A stretch of 64,000 nt of DNA from an uncultured bacterium (GTDB lineage Bacteria > Bacteroidota > Rhodothermia > Rhodothermales > UBA10348). Both the position numbers and the translations under genes were made by a program. Below, in pieces: positions 19,450-28,506 of the stretch. The notes under the pieces are model-generated. The model was not told the origin of the DNA, did not search any database, and saw nothing but the letters and a program-made list of their open reading frames with translations. Every line of letters begins with the position of its first letter. The stretch's first letter is position 1. The stretch lies in NCBI GenBank assembly GCA_943788505.1, contig CALSQR010000002.1, positions 253,323-317,322 of the forward strand, given 5' to 3'.

Positions 19450-20772
19450 GTGTCCACCGTCGCCTTTCATACCCTTGGCTGTAAACTGAATTTCGCTGAA
19501 ACGGGCACTATTGCCGATCAGTTTAAGGAGCGACAGTTTGACGTGGTTCCGTTTGGAAACGCGGCGGATGTAGTAGTTGTCAATACCTGTACAGTCACGG
19601 AAGAAGCTGACCGAAAGTGCCGCCAAGCTATCAGAAAGGCTCTGAGAGCCAATCCAGAAGCCTGTGTGATCGTGACCGGCTGTTTTGCACAACTGCGGCC
19701 AGAGCAAATTGCTGGCATAGATGGGGTCGATGTAGTACTCGGTGCGAATGAGAAATTCAATCTTTTCGCCTATGTCGATGCCTTTGGTAAACAAGAACAG
19801 ACTCAGGTCTCGGTTTCATGTATTGATGACGTGACCGCTTTCGGAGCTGCCTTTTCGGCTTCTGAGCGCACAAGGGCATTTTTGAAGGTGCAGGATGGAT
19901 GTGATTACACTTGCTCCTTCTGCACCATCCCTCAAGCTCGTGGTAGTAGTCGCTCCGATACAATACCTGGCGTGATCCGCCAGGCAGAGCAAATCGCAGA
20001 GCGTGGCTTCAATGAAATTGTCATTTCCGGGGTCAATATCGGTTTGTTTGGCCAAGAACGGGATGAACACTTGCTGGATCTGATTAAGGAGCTAGATCGT
20101 GTGGAAGGGATCGATCGATTTCGAATTTCGTCCTGCGAACCGAATTTGCTGACGGATGGAATCATTGACTTCGTTGCTCAGAGTCGTGCGTTTGTACCCC
20201 ACTTTCACCTGCCCCTGCAAAGCGGAGATGATACTGTCCTCGGCAAGATGCGGCGCCGGTACAAGAGCGGTATCTATCGCGATCGGGTTGAGCGTGTGAC
20301 CTCCATGATGCCCGACGCGGCCATTGGGGTCGATGTCATCGTTGGCTTTCCTACCGAAACTGATGAACGTTTCCTCAACACGGTGAACTTCATTGCCGAC
20401 CTTCCCATCAGCTACCTGCACGTATTTACTTATTCTGAGCGGCCGGAGACGGTTGCTGTAGATGAATTAGATCGAATGGACGGTACTCCCGTGCCAGGAA
20501 ATATCCGATCTCAACGAAATCGCAGACTTAGATTACTCTCCGAAAAGAAACGCGCCTCTTTCTATGCTCGTTTTCTGGGTACAGAAAGGCCTGTACTATG
20601 GGAAGACAACAACAGAAACGGATTGATGAGCGGCTTCACCGATAATCACATTCGGGTTGAAGCACCCTTTGATGCTGACAGAGTTGGCCGGATCGAGAAA
20701 GTCGGGTTAGAATCACTTTCCTCCAGTGGCAATGTCAAGGCATCCGAATTGGATTTTCTCTCGATTATTTGA
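19450..20772 (+). CDS. mtaB: tRNA t6A37 methylthiotransferase MtaB (radical SAM)
   Basis: TLGCKLNFAE, NTCTVT and KVQDGCDYTCSFC.IP.ARG. GTG 19450 preferred. Confidence 0.93.
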   Translation: MSTVAFHTLGCKLNFAETGTIADQFKERQFDVVPFGNAADVVVVNTCTVTEEADRKCRQAIRKALRANPEACVIVTGCFAQLRPEQIAGIDGVDVVLGANEKFNLFAYVDAFGKQEQTQVSVSCIDDVTAFGAAFSASERTRAFLKVQDGCDYTCSFCTIPQARGSSRSDTIPGVIRQAEQIAERGFNEIVISGVNIGLFGQERDEHLLDLIKELDRVEGIDRFRISSCEPNLLTDGIIDFVAQSRAFVPHFHLPLQSGDDTVLGKMRRRYKSGIYRDRVERVTSMMPDAAIGVDVIVGFPTETDERFLNTVNFIADLPISYLHVFTYSERPETVAVDELDRMDGTPVPGNIRSQRNRRLRLLSEKKRASFYARFLGTERPVLWEDNNRNGLMSGFTDNHIRVEAPFDADRVGRIEKVGLESLSSSGNVKASELDFLSII

Positions 20773-21089
20773 CGGTTGCACTATGTATTCGCTCCTGTAT
20801 GTATAGTGGACCGATCTGGATTCAAGTAATCAATGATGAAGTAACCTATGCTAAGGTGACATGGTCGAATGAGCCTGTTCCCGAGGAGCATGTTCAAGAC
20901 ATCGAGACTATCGATGACATCTTTGACATGATCGAACGAGCCGAAAAGGACGCCGACGAACTGGACGTGGACTACTCAGACGAAGGGTATCCGGTGCGCG
21001 TATCGATCGACTGGATCAAAGAAGCTGTCGATGATGAGATGATGCTGGAGATATCGAACGTCGTTCCAGGGACTCAGCTTATAGACTGA
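20769..21089 (+). CDS. Small acidic protein resembling DUF6174, apparently without an N-terminal signal region
   Basis: TIDDIFDMI...V.Y...GYP.RVSIDW...VDDE pattern. TTG start overlaps the mtaB stop. Confidence 0.5.
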   Translation: MTVALCIRSCMYSGPIWIQVINDEVTYAKVTWSNEPVPEEHVQDIETIDDIFDMIERAEKDADELDVDYSDEGYPVRVSIDWIKEAVDDEMMLEISNVVPGTQLID

Positions 21090-21130
21090 GCCGGATCCCT
21101 TCATCGCGACAGATACAGGTTAGGGCATTT

Positions 21131-21246
21131 ACGAGCCGCTCCGCGCCTCGTTGATTCGAAATTTGATAGCGCTTCGCGCTCTTGGATCGCTCCGCGATCC
21201 GACTTGCCGCTCCGTCGGAGTCCTGAAGTTCGCTACCGCTCACTTC
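21131..21246. repeat. Cluster of short hairpins sharing a CGC-T(T/C)C-G core (REP-like)
   Basis: acgagc-cgctccgcg-cctcgt, agcgc-ttc-gcgct, ggatcgc-tcc-gcgatcc, ccgac..cgctcc-gtcgg and gaagt..acttc. Confidence 0.6.
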
Positions 21247-21254
21247 GTCCTCCT

Positions 21255-24083
21255 CTATCGCGACAAGTACAAATTCCTCATCTCAAATGGCTTCCTGAAG
21301 TGCTCGTCGTCAAAGTCCTTGATGAAAGCAATGGCTTCCCCAGTTGATTTCATTTCCGGCCCGAGCTCTTTCGGCACTTCCGGGAATTTATCCCATGAGA
21401 AGACCGGCTCTTTGACCGCAAATCCAACCAATGAGCTTTCAAGGTCCCCTCTTTCGCGGAACGTCTTTATTTTCTCACCGAGCATAACCTTTGTAGCAAT
21501 ATTCGAAATCGCTACGCCTGTCGCTTTCGCTACAAATGGCACTGTTCGAGAAGCACGCGGATTGGCTTCAATAACGTAGACCTTGTCATCCTTGATGACC
21601 ATCTGAACGTTGATCAAGCCAACAACTCCAAGGCGCAATGAGATTTCCGTGATGTATTTGCGCACCGTGTCTTGAATCTCCTCTGAGATCGAGTACGGCG
21701 GAAGAACAGCCGTAGAGTCGCCCGAGTGCACTCCTGCAGGCTCAATGTGCTGCATGATGCCAGCCACCCACACTTCTTCGCCATCACATATCGCATCGAC
21801 ATCCAACTCTATTCCATCTTCTAGGAAGAGATCAAGCAGAATCACGTTGTCTGGCATAAGCTTCCAGATCTGCTGCGTGTACAACTCGACTTCTTCTTTA
21901 TTGATCGCTATACGCATTCCCTGTCCACCCAGCACATAACTGGGACGTACCAGTAGTGGGTAACCGATTTCCTGGGCACGCAGCAACGCTTCCCCTTCGG
22001 TTCGGGCAGCACCATACGGTGGATATGGGATTCCAAGCTCTTTCAGGACATCTGAAAACCGGCTACGATCTTCGGCAAGGTCCATGTTGTCAAACTGGGT
22101 CCCAATGATTGGAATACCGAGCTCGTAGAAATTCCTGGATAGTTTAAGAGCCGTCTGGCCACCCAACTGAACGATAATGCCCTTCGGGTTTTCGTGCTCA
22201 ATCACATCCAATACACGCTCCAGAAACACCGGTTCGAAATACAGCTTGTCTGCTACGTCAAAGTCGGTTGATACCGTCTCTGGGTTGCAGTTGATCATGA
22301 TTGCCTCATAGCCCATTTCCTTTGAAGCTAGCACCCCATGCACACAGGAATAGTCGAATTCGATTCCCTGTCCGATACGGTTTGGACCACTTCCAAGAAT
22401 GACAATCTTCTCTTTGTCTGAGGGAAAGCTTTCGTTATGCCCTTCATAGGAAGAATAGAAGTAAGGTGTTTTTGCCGGAAACTCTCCCGCGCACGTATCT
22501 ACTACTTGGAATGAAGGCAGTAAGCCCATCGATTTACGATAAATCCGCACCTCCTCTTCTGTCACCTCATCCTGCACGAGGTAGGCAATCTGCACATCGG
22601 AAAATCCATACCGCTTGACTTCCAACATGAACTCGCGGTCCATCTGAGTAAGCGCTCTCTTGCGGATCTCTCCTTCTACCGTAACGATATCCTGGATCTG
22701 GTAGAGGAACCAAGGATCAACTTTTGAGATGTCAGCGATTTCTTCTACCGAAGCGCCGAGCTTGAAGGCATTACGGATCTGAAGCGTTCGATCCCAATAG
22801 GATTTCTTGAGTCGGTCTCTGATCTCGAAACGGGCCGTTTCGTCACGATCACCACCGAGGCCAGAATATCCATTTTCAAGTGACTGCCAAGCTTTCTGAA
22901 GGCTTTCAGGAAATGTCCGGCCGATGGCCATCACTTCTCCAACAGCTTTCATCTGGGTAGTCAGCTCTTCATCCACACCCTCAAATTTCTCAAAGTTGAA
23001 ACGAGGGATCTTTGTAACGACGTAGTCGATGGCAGGCTCAAAACAGGCTGACGTAGTTCCGGTAACATCATTTTTGAGTTCATCGAGGGTATAGCCCACG
23101 GCCAACTTGGAAGCCACTTTTGCAATGGGGTATCCTGTCGCTTTTGAAGCTAGCGCTGAAGATCGAGACACACGTGGGTTAATCTCGATGGCGATCATTC
23201 GGGCCGTTTTCGGATCGAAGGCAAACTGAACATTACACCCTCCAGCAAACGTACCAATAGAACGCATCATGCGGATGGCTGCATCACGCATGCGCTGGAA
23301 CTGCTTGTCTGTTAGCGTTTGGCTCGGAGCCACCGTCACCGAGTCACCCGTATGGACACCCATTGGGTCGACGTTTTCGATCGAACAGATGATGATTACG
23401 TTGTCATTCTCATCTCGCAGGAGTTCGAGTTCAAATTCCTTCCAACCAAACAAACACTCCTCCATCAACACCTGATGAACGGGCGAAAGCTCGAGCCCGC
23501 GCATCACTTTTTTGTCGAATTGATCAGCCGTCCAAACGATTCCACCACCACTTCCACCAAGCGTGAATGACGGACGGATGACGACGGGAAGTCCTCCCAA
23601 CTCCTGCGTAATCTCTTTGGCCTCCAGAAGACTCTTCGCTACGCGGGATCGGGCCTGATCGATTCCGATACGCTCCATGAGGTCCCGAAACTGCTGGCGG
23701 TCTTCAGTGATGTTAATTGCATCTATATCGACACCGATCACCTCGACTCCCATTTTCTCCCAATACCCCTGTTCGTGAAGTGTATTGGCCAAATTGAGAG
23801 CTGTTTGCCCCCCCATGGTTGGAAGGACGGCATCTGGGCGCTCTTCTTCCACAATCTGCTTGATGGACTCTGGTGTCAGAGGACGAAGATATATTTTGTC
23901 CGCCGTCACCGGGTCCGTCATAATGGTCGCTGGGTTCGAATTGACCAGAATGACTTCATAACCTTCAGCCCGAAGGGACCGAGAAGCCTGACTACCAGAG
24001 TAGTCAAATTCACAAGCCTGTCCGATGATGATGGGTCCGCTTCCGATGAGCAGGATTTTCTTAATGTCCGTGCGCTTGGGCAT
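21255..24083 (-). CDS. carB: Carbamoyl-phosphate synthase large subunit (942 aa, no C-terminal MGS domain)
   Basis: [30 protein letters not shown], two ATP-grasp halves, and a second [15 protein letters not shown]. Ends shortly after MKSTGE. Confidence 0.97.
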   Translation of the reverse strand: MPKRTDIKKILLIGSGPIIIGQACEFDYSGSQASRSLRAEGYEVILVNSNPATIMTDPVTADKIYLRPLTPESIKQIVEEERPDAVLPTMGGQTALNLANTLHEQGYWEKMGVEVIGVDIDAINITEDRQQFRDLMERIGIDQARSRVAKSLLEAKEITQELGGLPVVIRPSFTLGGSGGGIVWTADQFDKKVMRGLELSPVHQVLMEECLFGWKEFELELLRDENDNVIIICSIENVDPMGVHTGDSVTVAPSQTLTDKQFQRMRDAAIRMMRSIGTFAGGCNVQFAFDPKTARMIAIEINPRVSRSSALASKATGYPIAKVASKLAVGYTLDELKNDVTGTTSACFEPAIDYVVTKIPRFNFEKFEGVDEELTTQMKAVGEVMAIGRTFPESLQKAWQSLENGYSGLGGDRDETARFEIRDRLKKSYWDRTLQIRNAFKLGASVEEIADISKVDPWFLYQIQDIVTVEGEIRKRALTQMDREFMLEVKRYGFSDVQIAYLVQDEVTEEEVRIYRKSMGLLPSFQVVDTCAGEFPAKTPYFYSSYEGHNESFPSDKEKIVILGSGPNRIGQGIEFDYSCVHGVLASKEMGYEAIMINCNPETVSTDFDVADKLYFEPVFLERVLDVIEHENPKGIIVQLGGQTALKLSRNFYELGIPIIGTQFDNMDLAEDRSRFSDVLKELGIPYPPYGAARTEGEALLRAQEIGYPLLVRPSYVLGGQGMRIAINKEEVELYTQQIWKLMPDNVILLDLFLEDGIELDVDAICDGEEVWVAGIMQHIEPAGVHSGDSTAVLPPYSISEEIQDTVRKYITEISLRLGVVGLINVQMVIKDDKVYVIEANPRASRTVPFVAKATGVAISNIATKVMLGEKIKTFRERGDLESSLVGFAVKEPVFSWDKFPEVPKELGPEMKSTGEAIAFIKDFDDEHFRKPFEMRNLYLSR

Positions 24084-24152
24084 GCTGTTGGATTCGCTAG
24101 GAGGTTCGAGGTGCGTGTCAGAAGTTTAGTGAAGCAGTAGGCTGCTTCGAGC

Positions 24153-25331
24153 TCAAGTCAGTTGTTCGACCTTGATCAGATCAGGCAGGCCAATCTTAGT
24201 GGCTTTTACACCACTGTTTTTCTCTATGTCCGACATAAACTCGTCGAATAAATAATGGCTGTCATGAGGGCCGGGAGAGGATTCAGGATGGTATTGGACT
24301 GAGAAGGCCGAGCAGTTTGCAAACCGCACACCTTCAATGGTCTCATCGTTCAGGTTTCGATGAGTGACCTTCGCGATGTCATCCGTAATCGAGGCGCGAT
24401 CTACGGCGAATCCGTGATTTTGCGTCGATACTTCCACCTTGGAGGTTACCATATTCTGAACGGGATGGTTAGCGCCTCTGTGCCCAACCAACATCTTGTA
24501 TACATCCAGTCCTGCGGCAAGCGACAGAAGTTGGTGGCCAAGACAAATTCCAAAAAGCGGAATGCCTGTGGCCATAGCCTCTTTTGTCATCGCTACGGCA
24601 TCGGGCATAGCCCGTGGATCGCCAGGGCCATTCGAGAAAAAGATGCCATTGGGTTTCCAATCGAGTACATCCTTTAAAGACGTGGTGGCGGGAAAGACAC
24701 GAACTGAGCACCCACGTGACTTGAAGGAGCGCAAAATATTCTGCTTGACGCCGAAATCGAATACTGCAATCCGAGGGCCTTCTCCTTCACAAAAATCATA
24801 GGCTTTTTCGACCGTCACTCTGGAGGCTAGCTCTAATCCCTCCATAGATGGCCATCCCTTAGCTTTTGCGATTAATGAGTCATCATCCAGATCAACAGCG
24901 GAGATAACTGCATTCATCACACCCTTTGATCTGATATGAAGGACAAGCGCCCGGGTATCGACACCCGAGATACCAACCAGCTTGTGCTTTTTCATGAAAG
25001 CCTCCAGACTGGTTTCCGTCAGATAATTGGAGTATCTGGCTGAGAATTCTCTCACCACTACACCTGAAACCATGGGCGCCACGGATTCCATATCCATGTC
25101 CATCGTGCCATAATTACCTATGTGCGGGTAGGTCATCATCATGATCTGCCCGTGGTACGAGGGATCCGTAAAAATCTCCTGATATCCGCTCATGGAGGTA
25201 TTAAAACACAGTTCTCCGCCTGTTTCCCCTCTGAAGCCGACAGCCTTTCCGGTGACGACGGTGCCGTCTTCGAGGGCCATCTTACAAGGAGCGGGAGTAA
25301 GTAGGAGGTCGTTCTTTGGAGGATTGATCAT
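24153..25331 (-). CDS. carA: Carbamoyl-phosphate synthase small subunit
   Basis: GELCFNTSMSGYQE, SNGPGDP, FGICLGHQ and SVQYHPE (class I glutamine amidotransferase triad). Confidence 0.97.
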   Translation of the reverse strand: MINPPKNDLLLTPAPCKMALEDGTVVTGKAVGFRGETGGELCFNTSMSGYQEIFTDPSYHGQIMMMTYPHIGNYGTMDMDMESVAPMVSGVVVREFSARYSNYLTETSLEAFMKKHKLVGISGVDTRALVLHIRSKGVMNAVISAVDLDDDSLIAKAKGWPSMEGLELASRVTVEKAYDFCEGEGPRIAVFDFGVKQNILRSFKSRGCSVRVFPATTSLKDVLDWKPNGIFFSNGPGDPRAMPDAVAMTKEAMATGIPLFGICLGHQLLSLAAGLDVYKMLVGHRGANHPVQNMVTSKVEVSTQNHGFAVDRASITDDIAKVTHRNLNDETIEGVRFANCSAFSVQYHPESSPGPHDSHYLFDEFMSDIEKNSGVKATKIGLPDLIKVEQLT

Positions 25332-25375
25332 GATCCGTTATTAGTGGTTCTCTGGGCTATCCTTCCCGAAACGTC

Positions 25376-25412
25376 AAAAAAAAAGCCTCCCCGACACCTG
25401 TGGGAAGGCTTT
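25376..25412 (-). terminator. Intrinsic terminator in the carA leader (candidate attenuator)
   Basis: The minus strand reads AAAGCCTTCCC-ACAGGTGTC-GGGGAGGC-TTTTTTTTT, ending 45 nt before the carA ATG. The next clear gene upstream (TonB-like) is on the opposite strand. Confidence 0.8.
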
Positions 25413-25796
25413 GCAATTTCACTAGTAATGACGAGGTCAGGGTGCTTGCGGGGCACGTCTTCTGGGCGTGGAGTCAGTCAGGCTGGGTAGTGTCGGATCA
25501 ACGATTCCTAGATTGGAATGGTCGATATTTTAGGGCCGATTATCGAAGATACGCATCGGGCCCCTTACCCCGTATTGGAGTGCCGTCAAAATACCGTGAA
25601 AGACGGGAATGTGCCATCGCCTACGCCGCCACTTATCCACAATCGTCAGGCGAACGGCTTCTACGGACCATTCGGCAACTGCTGCGAACCTCATCTGTCT
25701 GATAATCGTACTTTGGTCCGTTAACAAACCCGATTCCATCCTCAGAATCCTCTGGACAAGTTTCAGAAAAATATCCGCCGCCGAGAGCGCTATCTA

Positions 25797-26441
25797 TTGC
25801 ACCTCCTGGCAACGTTGACAATTAGCCTTGTGCTCGTCAACGGAGTAATCCAGTGGTGGCCTCTACCAAGTGACTCGACTGAAAGTATGACGTTTGATAC
25901 GCGCGGTCAGGAGGTTATTGCTATGGAGGAAATCCAGCAGACGCGCCAGGAAAAAAAGAAACCGGCCCCTCCAGTACCCGCACCGCCGGTCATCATGCCT
26001 GATGACGTAACTCTCGATGACATCGAATTGGAAATCGCTGATGTATCCCTCGTGCTCGATGAAGCTGGCACGGATGAAGAGGTAGTTGAAGGGACGGAAA
26101 CGGGCAATAATGTGGCGGCAAGAGCAGATCGCAGCCCCTCCCCGGTTCGAATTGCAACGCCCGACTATCCACGTGAGGCCTCGAGAAGGAACGTTCGCGC
26201 CGAGGTAGTGGTCGAGGTGTTGGTCGATGATCGCGGTCGTGTCGTTGAGGCCCGAATCGTGGAGCGCTATCTCCTGAACAAAGACGGCACCGAAAAAGAG
26301 ACTGTAGCAGAAATTGGTTACGGGATTGAAGATGCCGCTATTTCGGCCGCTGAACGTCATACGTTTCGCCCTGCCATTCAAGATGGACAGCGCGTTCAGA
26401 GCTATTCTACGCTCACGTTCCGCATCGGTGTTGAGTCGTAG
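25797..26441 (+). CDS. Energy transducer TonB family protein
   Basis: N-terminal TM helix, Pro-rich KKKPAPPVPAPP linker, and a TonB C-terminal domain (PDYP..A...V...V.VEVLVDD.G.V...AA....F.PA.Q.G..V). Start uncertain. Confidence 0.85.
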   Translation: MHLLATLTISLVLVNGVIQWWPLPSDSTESMTFDTRGQEVIAMEEIQQTRQEKKKPAPPVPAPPVIMPDDVTLDDIELEIADVSLVLDEAGTDEEVVEGTETGNNVAARADRSPSPVRIATPDYPREASRRNVRAEVVVEVLVDDRGRVVEARIVERYLLNKDGTEKETVAEIGYGIEDAAISAAERHTFRPAIQDGQRVQSYSTLTFRIGVES

Positions 26442-26521
26442 AGTGCGGTTGGATGCCATGGACCAAGCCATAGACTAAGTTGTGGTTTTCGGTTAGTTTG
26501 GGGATCATCTAAAGAAGTACC

Positions 26522-27509
26522 ATGACCGGCTCCACTGTAGCGCAATTCGAGATCGCAGAACAACTTGGTAGTGGTGGAATGGGCGTGGTGGGCAGGGATC
26601 GTAGCAAAAAACCCGGAAATGGCGGATCGTATTCTTCTCACCATCGATGTGGATACGGTATCTCAAGACATGCGTAATGGCGCACGACTTTGGCGACAAG
26701 GAGTGGCATCATCCCGTGGCCAAGTGGCTAAAGCCGACTCGATTGGAAAAGAAATTGGTACCTATTGGGCCGAAGGATTAATTGATCGTGTGATGCGATC
26801 AGTCGTACCAATGTTTGACCCTTCTAAAGAGGAACTGTTTGAGCTTAAAGAGCAGGTATTGGCTTGGGATACGACCAATCAGTACGTTTCTCCCCATTCT
26901 GTGAATGAAGGCCATTACGGTGAAATAAGAGCCTTGATGCTGGGCTCATTGGCCGCCCGATTAGGAGATGACACCGAGTTAGAGACCCAAATTAGCTACT
27001 TGGCTAACAAACCTGACGCTGAGACACCGGGCGAACCTTCCTTCGTATTTGCAAAAACCTTGCGAGCTGTTCGGGCTTGGTACCTGAAGGAAAATGATCA
27101 GGTATTAGCGGAGCTCGAAAACTCTCAGATGTTTACCAACGATGTCTGCGCCGTGTGCTCACGGGTTCATGCTCAAACGATCAATAGATTCATGCGCGCC
27201 GAAATACTCTTTTCATGCGGCGAATACGACGACGCCCTAAAATGGTATAACTCGCTCTGGGATGGCAACTTGACATGGGGTTCGGATCATCTCGGGACCA
27301 CCTACTTGCGCACAGCTGCTGTGCACGAAGAACGAGGCGAAAGCGAACTGGCAGCTCAGTACTACGCCAAGTTCATTGATCTGTGGAAGGAATCTGACCC
27401 CAAATACCAAGGGCTCGTTGACCAAGCTCGCCAGCGCGAACAACAGATTCGCACCGGGCAGTTTGCCGAGGATGATCAACTCATCATACCGGTCCAGCCG
27501 TCCAATTAA
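26522..27509 (+). pseudogene. Ser/Thr kinase-TPR gene remnant: kinase N-terminus joined out of frame to a TPR C-terminus
   Basis: ATG 26522 gives MTGSTVAQFEIAEQLGSGGMGVV (kinase Gly loop), then unrelated sequence and TAA at 26675-26677. The overlapping frame 26565..27509 encodes TPR helices ending YAKFIDLWKESDP. Confidence 0.7.
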
Positions 27510-27669
27510 ACAAGGATTAGTAACATTGCGGATTCGCCGGTTATCTCCGTTTTGACAACATGCTTTTCGATGACAGATCTGGCTTGAATGCCTTTGATGG
27601 AGTCGCCCTTTTCTCTCTTCTTACATTATTATCGCAGGTCTGGATCACCTGGCTGGACGGGACGGCACT

Positions 27670-28155
27670 ATGACTGACATCCGCATGCGGCCTCTTCTCG
27701 AATGGGAAGTTAAATGCTCCAATCGAGACCTGTTTGATCGACTAGAAGCGGCGCTATTGGAAAGCAACTCGTTACACGGCAAGGTCTTTCCAGATTCTGC
27801 AATACTCAAAGTGCCGGCCTCGGAGGTGCATTTGTGGTCTCCTCAACTCCAAGTGTCTGTCAGCGATGGCGCCGATGACACATGCACGGTGCACGGCTTG
27901 ATCGGTCCTCGGCCAAGCGTCTGGTCGCTTTTTATAGCCAGCTACGTCTTCTGGACTTTTCTTGGAATGATGGGGGGCATTTTCGGTTTTTCGCAGCTTT
28001 CGTTGGGACAACCAACATCTGCATTCTGGAGTCTGCCGGTGAGTGTAGCTGCGATTGCTTTAACCTACGCTATCGGCCGCTTTGGCCGCCGGATCGGCAG
28101 ACCACAAAGCATTCAACTACGGAATTTCTTGGAAAACGTTTTTCCATCTCCGTGA
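27670..28155 (+). CDS. Conserved hypothetical membrane protein (two C-terminal TM helices)
   Basis: 161-aa ORF with HLWSPQL and GLIGPRPSVWSLF followed by two hydrophobic helices. Confidence 0.7.
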   Translation: MTDIRMRPLLEWEVKCSNRDLFDRLEAALLESNSLHGKVFPDSAILKVPASEVHLWSPQLQVSVSDGADDTCTVHGLIGPRPSVWSLFIASYVFWTFLGMMGGIFGFSQLSLGQPTSAFWSLPVSVAAIALTYAIGRFGRRIGRPQSIQLRNFLENVFPSP

Positions 28156-28384
28156 CGAGGGTTGATACGTCCTTTCAACCAACGGCTTTCAGGACGTTCA
28201 GGCAGCGATTATCCTGACCTAGAACGACACTTTCGCTCAAGCCATGAGCCCCTGGATCACAACATGTCCGGTTGTCGTTGCCTTTCTCCATCCCCTATTA
28301 ACAAACGATAAGACTGTTTCTGACGTGCTCGGACGAGATGTGAGAACCGGCAGCTTCTCTGAACGGTTTTCGCAACTGCGTGTG

Positions 28385-28457
28385 CGCCCTCGGGAAGATT
28401 CGAACTTCCGACACCCGGTTTAGGAAACCGGTGCTCTATCCCCTGAGCTACGAGGGC
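28385..28457 (-). tRNA. tRNA-Arg(CCT)
   Basis: Minus strand GCCCTCGTAGCTCAGGGGATAGAGCACCGGTTTCCTAAACCGGGTGTCGGAAGTTCGAATCTTCCCGAGGGCG forms a cloverleaf with anticodon CCT and T-loop TTCGAAT. CCA is not encoded. Confidence 0.95.
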
Positions 28458-28506
28458 GTATCTTGGGCGGTACAAAGCCTTCCCATCCGATACAGTTCCC
28501 AACATC

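Noticed and set aside
25633-25641. Perfect DnaA box TTATCCACA in the carA-tonB intergenic region
   Set aside because: It is a single copy. A specific 9-mer on either strand is expected about 0.5 times in 64 kb at uniform composition, and there is no box cluster or dnaA gene nearby.
25518-25821. Short ORFs 25518..25724 (+), 25530..25739 (-), 25609..25818 (+) and 25633..25821 (-)
   Set aside because: They overlap each other, show no recognisable motifs and sit in a divergent promoter region.
25400-28457. Possible genomic island integrated at tRNA-Arg(CCT), with the pseudogene and orphan genes lying downstream of its 3' end
   Set aside because: I found no integrase, no direct repeat of the tRNA 3' end and no obvious compositional shift by eye.
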